From: Pseudobacteriovorax sp.
Lineage (GTDB): Bacteria; Bdellovibrionota_B; Oligoflexia; Oligoflexales; Oligoflexaceae
DNA: 20,752 bases
Reading direction: 5' to 3'
NCBI GenBank assembly: GCA_050293845.1
Contig: JBNKNM010000087.1
Location: 1-20,752, forward strand
This document shows, piece by piece, positions 1 through 9,895 of the stretch (position 1 is the first letter of the stretch; every line of letters starts with the position of its first letter). Made by a program: the position numbers and the translations under genes. Under the pieces are notes generated by a model. The model ran no database searches, had not been told where the DNA came from, and worked only from the letters and a program-made list of their open reading frames with translations.

Positions 1-130
1 AATTTTTGAAAAGGGTTTTGGACTAATAAGCCCCTTTCGGTGCCAAACTTAGTGACCATGCAAGCTACAGTTAGAATCTCACGACGGTATGCGCTAGAGA
101 GGAAATCATCATCCTCAAAAAATTCTTCAT
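1..130 (-). pseudogene. Internal fragment of a second copy of the tyrosine integrase (runs off the left edge of the window)
   Basis: 1-130 matches 18781-18910 except for one substitution (ttagaatCtc vs ttagaatTtc). Identity stops abruptly after aattcttcat. Confidence 0.92.
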
Positions 131-132
131 AC

Positions 133-1773
133 ATGTCAGCAACTATAGCAGATGATAGTGACATAATACGCACCTTCGATGCACAAGTTGAAGCAGTTAA
201 GACCCCCATCACATCTAGGTCATTAGCAGGTGTTAGTGAAAGAATGATTTTAATTCCTGATATTATGTCATTCACAGCCGACACAAAGGACTTGGCTGGC
301 AGAATTGCAAGTTGGATTACCCAAAAACGACAAGTCGGTGCAATAGTACTAACTCCTTCCGAACCCTTGAGCCAAGAATGGTCAGGTCATTGTACGCCTG
401 TAAATGGATCTAGAGAAGTCGAAGAAGCTATATCTAAACTACAGGCGGGAAATATTCAAATTCCTTATGTATTTGCTGCTCGCTATGATGGAATCGATTT
501 ACCAGGAGATTTATGTAGACTGGTGATCTTAAGTGGTCTTCCTAAAGGAACATCAAATTATGAATTATTTAGAGCTGCATCACTTTATGGGAGTCAATCA
601 ATAACCAAGATTCTAGCTCAGAGAATTGAACAAGGAATAGGAAGAGGAGCTAGAGGTTCAGGTGATCACTGTATTGTCTTACTTATCGGAGCTGACTTGG
701 CCGGCTGGGTTGCCAAAGATACAAATTTTAAATTTTTGACGAACTCAACCCAAGCTCAGTTAGAAATGGGCGTAGAAGTAAGTAAAGAAATAGAAAGCCC
801 TAAAGATTTAGTGGATACTATTTCGAAAAGCTTGGATCGAGATATCGAATGGGTCGACTATCACGCAGAAACTTTGGCAGAAAAAACTGATGAAGAAATT
901 ACTTTTACTCCAAATTTACAACTCGCTGTTGCTGAAAGAAAGGCTTTTATGCTTTGGCAAGACGGATACCATGAGAAAGCAATTAATAAACTAGATAAAG
1001 TTGTCGAAAATGGCACATATGACTACCCTACTATCGGCTGGATTAAGCAATTCGCGGCACGAATATTGGATCACTGGGAGAATAAAGATAAATCGGCAGA
1101 ATATCAAATGTATGCATATTCAAAAAATCGCAACCTAATAAGACCAAAGGTAACTCCTCCATACACCCCTCTTTATGCACCGGATGAGCAATCAAAGATT
1201 ATCTCCGAAAACCTTTGTCAATTCAAATTTAGAAAGGGTTTTCTAAAAAGGTTTGAAGAAATAGTTTCGTTCCTTAACCCTGAGTCATCCTCTGGGCAGT
1301 TTGAACAAGCTCTCTCAGAATTCTTCAAAATGATAGGATTTAAATCAGAGAGAAAAGATGAAAATGGGTTAGGACCTGACATATTATGTATTATGCCTGG
1401 AAAGATTGGGCTAGTAATAGAAGCGAAAAGTAGAAAAAAAGACAAAAATGCCCTTACTAAAGACGAACATGGGCAGCTACTTGTTGCGGGTGAGTGGTTT
1501 TCGAAAAATTATCCAGATTATAGTTGTTTTCGCGTGAGTATACACCCCAAAAATAGAGCTACACAAGCAGCTGTAGCTGGCGCCAGTCATGCACTTACCT
1601 ATCATAATCTGAACCTCTTAATTTCTGAAGCTAAAAATTTACTCGCAATATTAGTAGACTCACTTTTAGAGGGTGATGCATTGACTCAGAAATGTCAGGA
1701 TTTGTTAGAAAACTCCTCCCTACAGCCAAATTCTATTGTTGAAAAATTTCTTCTCCCTTTTGAGGAGGAATAA
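133..1773 (+). CDS. 5'-truncated SF2 (DinG/DEAD-like) helicase with C-terminal PD-(D/E)xK nuclease; Hna-like anti-phage architecture
   Basis: Contains motif III (YMSAT), RYDGIDLP (motif V-like), QGIGRGAR (motif VI) and the C-terminal GPD...IEAKS nuclease motif. Walker A/B motifs are absent. The first 30 codons of ORF 40..1773 are antisense integrase sequence. Confidence 0.75.
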   Translation: MSATIADDSDIIRTFDAQVEAVKTPITSRSLAGVSERMILIPDIMSFTADTKDLAGRIASWITQKRQVGAIVLTPSEPLSQEWSGHCTPVNGSREVEEAISKLQAGNIQIPYVFAARYDGIDLPGDLCRLVILSGLPKGTSNYELFRAASLYGSQSITKILAQRIEQGIGRGARGSGDHCIVLLIGADLAGWVAKDTNFKFLTNSTQAQLEMGVEVSKEIESPKDLVDTISKSLDRDIEWVDYHAETLAEKTDEEITFTPNLQLAVAERKAFMLWQDGYHEKAINKLDKVVENGTYDYPTIGWIKQFAARILDHWENKDKSAEYQMYAYSKNRNLIRPKVTPPYTPLYAPDEQSKIISENLCQFKFRKGFLKRFEEIVSFLNPESSSGQFEQALSEFFKMIGFKSERKDENGLGPDILCIMPGKIGLVIEAKSRKKDKNALTKDEHGQLLVAGEWFSKNYPDYSCFRVSIHPKNRATQAAVAGASHALTYHNLNLLISEAKNLLAILVDSLLEGDALTQKCQDLLENSSLQPNSIVEKFLLPFEEE

Positions 1774-1775
1774 CC

Positions 1776-2288
1776 ATTTCTAAGAAAAAATCCCAAATTA
1801 TTGAATTTATCAAAAATACACTATTTTTTGGTAGTAAAGAAGCATCATGGAATTCTTGGATTATATTATCTGGTATAATTCTCGGAATTACACTTACCAA
1901 ATATATTAGTGAAGAAGGATGGAAGAAATATGTTGCAGACTTCATCAAAAATGCAGCTTTATCGGGTTTTTTCTTGGGTATGATTCCTAAATGGTATGCT
2001 GCAACTTTCAGGTCAAAGATTCATAAAAGTATAGAGAATAATTTTAAAGAGCAGAAATTGAAACTAGCTGAGCTAAACTATGAAATAAATCTTATCAATA
2101 TTACTTCAAACGCTAACTCAGGTAATCTTATGGCACATAATCTTCTTTTATTGTTTAACAATGACCATATTCAGCTGACTTTTAATAGTTCCGGTCATCG
2201 GTCATCTATTTTAGTTGAAGTACTGGGACATAGCACTAAATACAATTGCTTTATATGTAAAGTCAAAGGTAATTTGATTCAACTGTGA
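1776..2288 (+). CDS. Hypothetical membrane protein (two N-terminal hydrophobic segments); non-canonical or mutated start
   Basis: The frame of ORF 1974..2288 is open from 1764. GAGGAGG (1762-1768) precedes ATA (1770) and ATT (1776). The extension encodes WNSWIILSGIILGITL and AALSGFFLGMIP. Confidence 0.5.
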   Translation: MSKKKSQIIEFIKNTLFFGSKEASWNSWIILSGIILGITLTKYISEEGWKKYVADFIKNAALSGFFLGMIPKWYAATFRSKIHKSIENNFKEQKLKLAELNYEINLINITSNANSGNLMAHNLLLLFNNDHIQLTFNSSGHRSSILVEVLGHSTKYNCFICKVKGNLIQL

Positions 2289-2530
2289 CTCCTCCATTTA
2301 GCAACCAAGGTATTATAGCAATTGGGCTTACTTCCTCAAACGAAGTAACTGTTTCCAATTTTGTTAATTCCCATATCGCAAGGGTATTTTTTGAGAATGC
2401 CACTATAAGCAAGTGGGACCCAAGTTCGATTCAAGCTGGGAGACCTAGTGCAATTCTTGCTTCTGAAGTAGCTTACGATTCACTTCCTAGGAAAATTATT
2501 CAAGACTTAAAAAAGAACCTTGCCGAATAA
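2285..2530 (+). CDS. Hypothetical protein (81 aa)
   Basis: GTGA start/stop overlap with the upstream ORF. No motif recognised. Confidence 0.4.
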   Translation: MTPPFSNQGIIAIGLTSSNEVTVSNFVNSHIARVFFENATISKWDPSSIQAGRPSAILASEVAYDSLPRKIIQDLKKNLAE

Positions 2531-2749
2531 TATAGCTCTTTCTAGGTTATTACACTCAAGAGGCAAATAGACTTATCATCGAATTTTCTCTTCCTAGTTT
2601 AACTAGTTCATCGTAGGAGTGGGACGAAGTCACTTTTCAATAATAATTTTTTTAACACGATGCCCCTTTGCACCTGATAGCCGACTAAATTCTCAATTAA
2701 GGGACAATTGCACCGATATATTTTTAATGATAAGTGGGAGATTAAATTC

Positions 2750-3505
2750 TTGGCTAAAATAACGCAGAAAATGATCGAAACCTCATATAAGCTGGCAAAG
2801 TCAGCCTTTGACGGGCGCATCAGCCGACAAGATGCCATAAAGATATTGGCCAAGATGGGGATGAACTCAGGATCTGCAGGCGACTATATCAGTGATTACA
2901 GATGTATGAGGCTAGGGAAGAGATTCGAAAGACAAATGAGCATTGCTGCATTACGGTATTTTTTAATAGAAATCAATAGAGACAATGGAAACTCAGCATT
3001 TGAAACTGCAATTGGCGCCGTCGAGCGCCATTTGGATTATTATGAGGCGTTAGAAAAAGGCTCTTTACAGCCCGGAAAGAGAAAACTTCTGTCAGAACTC
3101 CGTAGTTCCGTGCAGGTATCAGATGCACGGACTCCTGAGGAAGTGACCAAAGAGGATGGAGGAAATGAAGGCGCCAGGATAACAATCACTGTAAATAAAT
3201 ACGAGCGCGATCTAAATGCTAGAAAGGAATGTATTCGCCTTAAGGGGACGTCCTGTACTATTTGTTTGGTAAACCTAGAAGATGTCTACGGTGAATTGGC
3301 AAAAGGCTTTGTTCACATACACCATATTGTGCCCTTATCCGAGTTAGGTGCTGAATATAAAGTCGATCCTGAGAAAGACCTAATTCCCGTCTGCCCAAAC
3401 TGTCATGCTATGTTGCATCGTCAAAGACCGGCCCTAAAACCTGAAAGGCTCAAAGAAAAATTCGATAAGTCGCGAAACAGCTTTTTGCAAAAAAAGAAAG
3501 CATGA
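2750..3505 (+). CDS. McrA-like HNH endonuclease (putative type IV restriction enzyme)
   Basis: YERD...CTIC...HIHHIVPLSE...VCPNCHAMLH is a Zn-binding HNH signature. GGGAG RBS at 2736-2740 favours TTG at 2750 over 2708. Confidence 0.85.
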   Translation: MAKITQKMIETSYKLAKSAFDGRISRQDAIKILAKMGMNSGSAGDYISDYRCMRLGKRFERQMSIAALRYFLIEINRDNGNSAFETAIGAVERHLDYYEALEKGSLQPGKRKLLSELRSSVQVSDARTPEEVTKEDGGNEGARITITVNKYERDLNARKECIRLKGTSCTICLVNLEDVYGELAKGFVHIHHIVPLSELGAEYKVDPEKDLIPVCPNCHAMLHRQRPALKPERLKEKFDKSRNSFLQKKKA

Positions 3506-3761
3506 TGACATGAATACTATGATAGTAAATTATTCAATTAAAACAAACACTTAAATAGTATGGCGCGAATAGTTTTTTCTGCTTAAATCGCAGGTTTTTC
3601 ACGGGGAATGCAGCCCAGATGAATTGCCTTTACATATTGGAACAAACGCGACTGTTTGTTGAAAAGCAGCCTAGTCATTTCAGAGACTGTGTTGTTTCAA
3701 AAATTCAGATAAATCATCATATATTCAGCTAGTTATATTTATTAACATCAGGATATATTTA

Positions 3762-3790
3762 TTGACACACCTAACGATTTGTACTATCAA
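3762..3790 (+). promoter_or_regulatory. Candidate sigma70 promoter of module 1
   Basis: TTGACA followed by TACTAT/TATCAA, conserved in the second copy (7985-8013). Spacing to TACTAT is suboptimal. Confidence 0.4.
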
Positions 3791-3862
3791 CATCCAGTGG
3801 TCTTCAAGACTTCCCATAGATTACCGAGAAAATACTCAAAACCCCGCAAGTTGGAGCCAGCC

Positions 3863-4852
3863 TTGCTAGGAAAGTTAGCAATCATATTAGCACTTTTAAG
3901 TTCTATCCTATCGCCAGACGGGGCAAATGCTAACGATATTGAAAAAGTGCAGCACTGGCTCAGCGTTCCAGATGAAAAAATAGACTTCGCAAAAATTAAG
4001 GTAGATATCGATAAGTTAGTTGATCCATCCTTGGATGCAGACGAGACCTTAAAATCAATTGATACGATGGTTGCAGAAGTCTCTAGCCTTTTTAGACCAA
4101 ACGCAAAATCCATGGAAAAATATCTGGCTTTAAAAAAGTACCTCTACGAAAAAGGTCCATGGAACAATAACCAAGCCTTCCAATATGATTTTGACGATCC
4201 CATGGGCTACAAAATCTCAAATAAAATATTGGCGAATTACTTGAAAAGTAGAAAAGGCAATTGCGTGAGCATGCCTATTTTATTTCTCGCTTTAGGCCAA
4301 AAGCTTGGACTGGACCTTTCTCTGTCTACAGCACCCGCCCACGTCCTAGTAAAATTCACAGAGTCAGAAACCGGAAGGACCTTTAACGTCGAAGCTACCA
4401 GCGGCGGCGGCCTAGCAAGGGATGAATGGTATCGCCAGCAGATGCCCATGACAGATGAAGCTGTTGCCAAGGGCATTTATCTTCAGAAGCTATCAAACAA
4501 GGAATCGGCGGCAGTTATCGCAACTCTTTTGGCAGAACATTATTATGCACAAAATCAGTTTGATAAAGCTATCAAAGTTTTTAAGATCGTGCTAGAAGCC
4601 TATCCAAAATCAATCTATTCCATACTCAAGACTGGCAGCGCTTACTATCAGATCCTGAATCGCGACTTTTTTCAAAAATATAAACACCTCAATCAAATGC
4701 CACCTCCAATCAGAGAGCGCTTTGAATACTATCGCGGTCAGAACAGATATTTTTTTTCCAAAGCAGACTCTCTGGGCTGGCAGGAGCCGCCTAAGACAAG
4801 AAAAGATCAGTATCTTAAAAGGACGAAAAATGCAGCTAAAGGAGCTTACTAA
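3863..4852 (+). CDS. Secreted transglutaminase-like (SirB1/Transglut_core2-type) protein with TPR-like C-terminus, copy 1
   Basis: Putative Cys-His-acidic triad in GNCVSMP, PAHVLV and NVEAT. N-terminal signal peptide ends in ANA. GGAG-6nt-TTG start is conserved in both copies. Confidence 0.82.
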   Translation: MLGKLAIILALLSSILSPDGANANDIEKVQHWLSVPDEKIDFAKIKVDIDKLVDPSLDADETLKSIDTMVAEVSSLFRPNAKSMEKYLALKKYLYEKGPWNNNQAFQYDFDDPMGYKISNKILANYLKSRKGNCVSMPILFLALGQKLGLDLSLSTAPAHVLVKFTESETGRTFNVEATSGGGLARDEWYRQQMPMTDEAVAKGIYLQKLSNKESAAVIATLLAEHYYAQNQFDKAIKVFKIVLEAYPKSIYSILKTGSAYYQILNRDFFQKYKHLNQMPPPIRERFEYYRGQNRYFFSKADSLGWQEPPKTRKDQYLKRTKNAAKGAY

Positions 4853-4854
4853 TA

Positions 4855-5589
4855 ATGAATAGACTTCTATCTCAAGTATCAGTGATCTGTTTTTTAGGGC
4901 TGGGCTCGACGGCCTTTGCTCGGTTTGTCAAGCCTGATCCTCTTTTTATGGAAAGACCCGATCTTTGCGTTAAAAGTCCTGTGGAGTGTAATCTGTATAG
5001 TTATGCTAAGAATAATCCGTTGATCTATGTTGACCCCAGTGGGCTGAAGATTGTAGTTCATGGTAGCAAAGAATTTCAAACCTATGTAAATCAACTATCT
5101 TCCTATCATAAGAACATAAATGAATCAGGAGCTTGGAATCAAATTGCGGAGAGTAAAAGCGTAGACGTGAACGTAAGAAATTATTTTGACAGCCCGAAAG
5201 GTAGTGAAGTTAGGAATCACGGTCAATCATATGATCCTGAAACTAATACCATTTGGATTAAACCCTATACCGGACTAAAATCATCTGACAATGTTGTTGT
5301 TAGCCCCTCGTCGATTGCGGAGCATGAAGCTGGTCATAAGCTAGAGGAAGTTAATAATCCAATTAAGAAATTCATAATGAAGCTCATTCCCTCTTTTCAA
5401 ACAGATTTTAAAAACCTTCATGAAAAACATGTTACTGAGACCTATGAACATCCTGCTGCAAGAAATGCAGGACATGAAGAACGGCAATCCTATATGGGCT
5501 TTGATGTTATTACACAAGGTATTGATAGCAATGTTCAAAAGCCACAAGACGAGCCATTTCCTGGATATTTACCGGATGAAAAACAATGA
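4855..5589 (+). CDS. Signal-peptide mini-Rhs protein with C-terminal HExxH metallopeptidase-like toxin domain
   Basis: Signal peptide (..STAFA), then the Rhs-core motif RFVKPDPL...[23 protein letters not shown] at 5323-5337. Confidence 0.8.
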   Translation: MNRLLSQVSVICFLGLGSTAFARFVKPDPLFMERPDLCVKSPVECNLYSYAKNNPLIYVDPSGLKIVVHGSKEFQTYVNQLSSYHKNINESGAWNQIAESKSVDVNVRNYFDSPKGSEVRNHGQSYDPETNTIWIKPYTGLKSSDNVVVSPSSIAEHEAGHKLEEVNNPIKKFIMKLIPSFQTDFKNLHEKHVTETYEHPAARNAGHEERQSYMGFDVITQGIDSNVQKPQDEPFPGYLPDEKQ

Positions 5590-6149
5590 AAAATTCTGGC
5601 AAATTTGGAATTATTGGAATCTATCTAGCTCTGTTTATTTTGACTTGCATATTCATTTCTCAGATACAATACCATAATTTGGGACTTATCCTATTTCGAT
5701 GCTCCCCTACTTCGGCTGTTTTCTTTTACCAATTGACGTTTGCATCAATTGCCGTATTAATCGCTCTCTTTATTAAAAGAAAACGATTTGTTCTATATTT
5801 TATTGTAGCCCAAATATTTATTACGATTATTTTTGCATTTAATACTAGCTCACACCCAATTCTGGTTAGGTTTGATTATGCCAAGAATCATATTTTAAAT
5901 TTGGGTGAAGAGATTGTTAAATTTAAAGAAGAAAATGGGGTATACCCTAACTCTATCGACCAAGAATTTCAAAACATCATTGATCCTTGGGGGCAGAAAT
6001 ACATTTACGAATCTAGTATTCATGGTTTCAAAATATCATCAACTGGAAGCGATGGAATAGAGGGTATTGATGATATTATTTGCGAAGCTGAAGAAGATTC
6101 TGGTCTTGAAACATACATAATCGGAAGCTGCCCTTGTCAGATTAGGTAG
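5586..6149 (+). CDS. Membrane protein with GspG (T2SS pseudopilin)-like C-terminal domain; putative immunity protein
   Basis: ATGA overlap with the toxin gene. Three hydrophobic segments, then GVYP...DPWGQKYIY...[14 protein letters not shown]. Confidence 0.65.
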   Translation: MKNSGKFGIIGIYLALFILTCIFISQIQYHNLGLILFRCSPTSAVFFYQLTFASIAVLIALFIKRKRFVLYFIVAQIFITIIFAFNTSSHPILVRFDYAKNHILNLGEEIVKFKEENGVYPNSIDQEFQNIIDPWGQKYIYESSIHGFKISSTGSDGIEGIDDIICEAEEDSGLETYIIGSCPCQIR

Positions 6150-6247
6150 AGATTCGGGGGCAGTGGAATAATCGCGACCTAACCTGACGTTTCTCGATAG
6201 CTTCAGCTAGTTTATTATTCCTAATAATAATCTGAAGCAGATAAAAG

Positions 6248-6979
6248 TTAGCTTGTAAGCTTAAAACATCTTGAACAATACTGTTTCTTAAATCTCTTCG
6301 GTAGAAAACCTTCCCTAAAAACAGCCGGATTACCGCACTTTTTGCACTTTAAAGAATGAATAATCGTATTAACCCCATCTAAAGTAGCCCTAGCTTCTTG
6401 ATTCACCGAGGATGATTCCTGATTTTGAAATAGATCATCTATTTGTGATTCCAACTCATTAACCAACGCTTCTACGAGATCAAGATCCCCGCTTGACTGC
6501 ATTCTAATTTTGAACTCTTTTAGAGCACTAATATAGTCATCTTTGCCAATCACATTACTTTCTATTAAAGAAATAATATCATCAAAGTCGCCCTGCCCCG
6601 GGCGATCTAACATAGGTAGGAATTTAGAGAATAATAAGATCGAATTTTCTGGGGAATATAGGGTTAGATACTCACCCTCATAGATAACACGACTAAAAAA
6701 ATTACCGTTAACTCTTGAAATTTCTGCAATTCTTCTCACATTATCATTGAACCAATCCTTAGGTATGTCTTGATTGACCGAGAATTCACGGATGGACCTT
6801 TTAATATCTTCAGGTATTTTAGTTAAGGAATCCAAATCTCCGGTACTTCGTGTTTCTAATGCTAACAATTTAATAGCCGTGCCTCCAACAATTGAAGCTT
6901 TAAATTTTTGCCCTTGAGACCCCAGAAATTTATCGAATTCCCCCAAAATAGAACCATCAACAATAAAATTTTCGTTCAT
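6248..6979 (-). CDS. Nucleotidyltransferase (DUF6036/AbiEii-like) with C-terminal CxxC..CxxC zinc ribbon; putative toxin
   Basis: IVGGTA...RSTGDLD NTase motif and DWFND. C-terminal CKKC...CSRC. ATG at 6979 lies 8 nt after the upstream stop, with a GGGGG RBS. Confidence 0.75.
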   Translation of the reverse strand: MNENFIVDGSILGEFDKFLGSQGQKFKASIVGGTAIKLLALETRSTGDLDSLTKIPEDIKRSIREFSVNQDIPKDWFNDNVRRIAEISRVNGNFFSRVIYEGEYLTLYSPENSILLFSKFLPMLDRPGQGDFDDIISLIESNVIGKDDYISALKEFKIRMQSSGDLDLVEALVNELESQIDDLFQNQESSSVNQEARATLDGVNTIIHSLKCKKCGNPAVFREGFLPKRFKKQYCSRCFKLTS

Positions 6980-6986
6980 AAATTTC

Positions 6987-7700
6987 TTATACCCCCACAG
7001 CCTGAGCGATTCGAATCTGAGATGATAGCCTATTTGCCGGCTCATAGCTCATGCCGAAAATTTTGCTTAGCCTTCGCGCAGATGTCTCGGGATGATATTT
7101 CAACCACCATGCGATATCTGCCCTAAAGCCAGGGCCGAAGATAAACCTATTTCTCAGTTGTTCATTTCTTTTTAGAACGACTTCGCGAGGTAGTAAATCT
7201 GAATCTCTAAGTCTCACGCTACCTTCAGGTAAAACCAATCCAAGAGAGTCAGGCATATTTAGAAATAAACCCCTTTTCTTAACAGCAAGATCTGTGGATT
7301 CCTTAAATCTTTGGTCCAGATAGAGTTTCTCAGAGGAATTAGTCCTAAATTTTTGGGCTAGATTTTCATCCAGTACGAACAAAAATAAGCGCATTAAAGG
7401 AAGATCCTTTTCTAAAACCCGTGATAGATCCTTGCTTAGCTTTAGAAGCTTATTGTTGTTGATTTGATCCTTATAGTTCTGCAAAAACTTAACAGTTGGC
7501 CCTAGAAACCGTTTTGCTTTTAATTTTTCTTTCGGTAATAGATAAGCCATGCTTACTAAGGAAAGCTCTATATCTAGCAGATCATATTTTGATGATGAGC
7601 CCGTAAATACCCCTAAGGAATATAGGCATGAGTCGAGCACCTCTAGCTGTTCCTTTTGGGCTGCTGCTTTCAGTTTTTGGTAGTGTCTCTGAAGCTCCAT
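6987..7700 (-). CDS. Putative antitoxin/regulator with C-terminal HTH, paired with the nucleotidyltransferase
   Basis: SARRLSKIFGMSYEPANRL resembles an HTH. GGGAG RBS precedes ATG at 7700. Operonic with the NTase gene. Confidence 0.6.
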   Translation of the reverse strand: MELQRHYQKLKAAAQKEQLEVLDSCLYSLGVFTGSSSKYDLLDIELSLVSMAYLLPKEKLKAKRFLGPTVKFLQNYKDQINNNKLLKLSKDLSRVLEKDLPLMRLFLFVLDENLAQKFRTNSSEKLYLDQRFKESTDLAVKKRGLFLNMPDSLGLVLPEGSVRLRDSDLLPREVVLKRNEQLRNRFIFGPGFRADIAWWLKYHPETSARRLSKIFGMSYEPANRLSSQIRIAQAVGV

Positions 7701-7929
7701 GGGATCTCCCACCCTATTGGCTCATCCAATACCCTTATCGGAATAATATTACAAATCCTTGAAGGGGGCAATGGTTGGAAATTAATTATTTATTTACAGG
7801 TACTTAGAGATAAATATCAGAGACGGAGGCGGAATGGGAGAGCGTTTATGATACCGAAATTTAGGCAAGGATAAAGCTTGGAATATTCAACTGCCTCAAT
7901 TTAATAAGCCGCCAGGTTAGGAAAACCAT

Positions 7930-9265
7930 AGATAAATCAATATATATTCAGATGGTTACACCTATTTCCATCAGTTTATATTTATTGACACACTTAATGA
8001 TTTGTACTATCAACTTCGAGTAGTCTTCAGGACTTCCCATAAATTACCGAGAAAATACTGCAAAACCCGCAATTGGAGCCAGTCTTGCTAGGAAAGATAG
8101 CAATTATTTTAGCACTTTTAAGCTCTAGCCTATCGCCAACCCTGGCGCATACCAACGATATTGAAAAAGTGCAGCACTGGCTCAGCCTCCCCAATGAGAA
8201 AATCGACTTTGCGAAAATTAAGATAGATATCGACAAGTTAGCTGATCCATCCTTGGATGCAGACAAGACCTTAAAATCTATGGATACAATGGTTGCAGAA
8301 GTCTCTAGCCTTTTTAGACCAGACGCAAAATCCATGGAAAAATATCTGGCTTTAAAAAAGTACCTCTACGAAAAAGGTCCATGGAACAATAACCACGCCT
8401 TCCAATATGATTTTGACGACCCCATGGGCTACAAAATCTCAAATAAAATACTGGCGAATTACTTGAAAAGTAGAAAAGGCAATTGCGTGAGCATGCCTAT
8501 TTTATTTCTCGCTTTAGGCCAAAAGCTTGGACTGGACCTTTCTCTGTCTACAGCACCCGCCCACGTCCTAGTAAAATTCACCGAGTCAGAAACCGGAAGG
8601 ACCTTTAACGTCGAAGCTACCAGCGGCGGCGGCCTAGCAAGGGATGAATGGTATCGCCAGCAGATGCCCATGACAGATGAAGCTGTTGCCAAGGGCATTT
8701 ATCTTCAGAAGCTATCAAACAAGGAATCGGCGGCAGTTATCGCAACTCTTTTGGCAGAACATTATTATGCACAAAATCAGTTTGATAAAGCTATCAAAGT
8801 TTTTAAGATCGTGCTAGAAGCCTATCCAAAATCAATCTATTCCATACTCAAGACTGGCAGCGCTTACTATCAGATCCTGAATCGCGACTTTTTTCAAAAA
8901 TATAAACACCTCAATCAAATGCCACCTCCAATCAGAGAGCGCTTTGAATACTATCGCGGTCAGAACAGATATTTTTTTTCCAAAGCAGACTCTCTGGGCT
9001 GGCAGGAGCCGCCTAAGACAAGAAAAGATCAGTATCTTAATAGAACTAAAAATGCAGCTAAGGGAGCTTATTAATAATGAATAAATTTTTATCTCAAATT
9101 TCAGTGATCTGTTTTTTAGGGCTGGGCTCGACGGCCTTTGCTCGGTTTGTCACGCCTGATCCGCTTTATTTAGAAAGACCTGATCTATGTGTTAAAAGTC
9201 CTGTGGAGTGTAATCTCTATAGTTATGCCAGGAACAACCCGTTAAATAATATCGATCCAACTGGA
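7930..9265 (+). repeat. Direct repeat copy 2 (~1.33 kb)
   Basis: Aligns with 3707-5043. Confidence 0.95.
8085..9074 (+). CDS. Secreted transglutaminase-like (SirB1/Transglut_core2-type) TPR protein, copy 2
   Basis: Near-identical to 3863..4852, with the same GNCVSMP/PAHV/NVEAT motifs. Differences cluster in the signal peptide and N-terminus. Confidence 0.82.
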   Translation: MLGKIAIILALLSSSLSPTLAHTNDIEKVQHWLSLPNEKIDFAKIKIDIDKLADPSLDADKTLKSMDTMVAEVSSLFRPDAKSMEKYLALKKYLYEKGPWNNNHAFQYDFDDPMGYKISNKILANYLKSRKGNCVSMPILFLALGQKLGLDLSLSTAPAHVLVKFTESETGRTFNVEATSGGGLARDEWYRQQMPMTDEAVAKGIYLQKLSNKESAAVIATLLAEHYYAQNQFDKAIKVFKIVLEAYPKSIYSILKTGSAYYQILNRDFFQKYKHLNQMPPPIRERFEYYRGQNRYFFSKADSLGWQEPPKTRKDQYLNRTKNAAKGAY

Positions 9266-9895
9266 AGAAATACAATAGTGCTTCATGGCGGTTTTGTGGG
9301 AAATCCAGAGGGGGTTAATTCAATGGCTTCAACCCTTAACTACTTATATAAGCCTGAACCTATGGTAGGGGTAGTTTTGCCAAATGATGTTCATAAGGGC
9401 CCAATATTGAAAAATGACCCTACAATAGCAGCTAATTTTGCAAAATCATACGCCCATAAGTCGGATCAAGGAGGTTATAACCTAGCCGGCTTTAGTATCG
9501 GAGGTGATGCGGCAGTCTTAGCGACTGGAAATAATGGGAGCGGGCCAAATATTGACGGAAATCAACTTAACTCGAAGTGGGATAACGTCGTAGTCGCCGG
9601 TGCAAGGGTTGAGCTAATTTTGGATAACTTGCAAGGAATGTCCAATCATAACTCGAAGACAACTATAATAGCTCTAAGCGGAGATAATGTTCTGCCGGGG
9701 TTTGGAGAGCGATCATATGAAAATCTAGTACGAGGAATTGAAATGCAATATGGTTCTATGGATAAATTTCAGAAGGCGTTCCCCAATATATCTATCCAGG
9801 AATCAAGTGTTGATAATTGGACGAATCATGGGGGAGGAGGAAATTCAATCCGAACACAGGAGGCCATACTTAATGGCGACAACGAGCTTAAATAG
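9077..9895 (+). CDS. Signal-peptide mini-Rhs protein with C-terminal alpha/beta-hydrolase (lipase-like) toxin domain
   Basis: Same signal peptide and RFVTPDPL...NNPLNNIDPTG core as module 1. Then IVLHG (oxyanion-like), GFSIG nucleophile elbow at 9488-9502, and a late His (TNHG). Confidence 0.8.
   Translation: MNKFLSQISVICFLGLGSTAFARFVTPDPLYLERPDLCVKSPVECNLYSYARNNPLNNIDPTGRNTIVLHGGFVGNPEGVNSMASTLNYLYKPEPMVGVVLPNDVHKGPILKNDPTIAANFAKSYAHKSDQGGYNLAGFSIGGDAAVLATGNNGSGPNIDGNQLNSKWDNVVVAGARVELILDNLQGMSNHNSKTTIIALSGDNVLPGFGERSYENLVRGIEMQYGSMDKFQKAFPNISIQESSVDNWTNHGGGGNSIRTQEAILNGDNELK

Larger units (their letters stand above)
3707..5043 (+). repeat. Direct repeat copy 1 (~1.33 kb): promoter region, transglutaminase-like gene and Rhs core up to DPxG
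   Basis: Aligns with 7930-9265 (offset 4222 across the coding part). Nearly identical centrally; similarity ends at the DPSG/DPTG codons. Confidence 0.95.

Noticed and set aside
40..130. N-terminus of the 577-aa ORF
   Set aside because: It is the antisense of the integrase fragment and is in frame by chance.
3561..3585. Sigma54 promoter (TGGCGCG...)
   Set aside because: There is no GC at the required -12 spacing.
3779..3862. N-terminal extension of transglutaminase-like copy 1
   Set aside because: The frame is not conserved in copy 2, and the conserved RBS-TTG at 3863/8085 gives a normal signal peptide.
9738..9872. Start of the immunity ORF at 9738
   Set aside because: It overlaps the toxin gene extensively, and a strong RBS supports ATG 9873.
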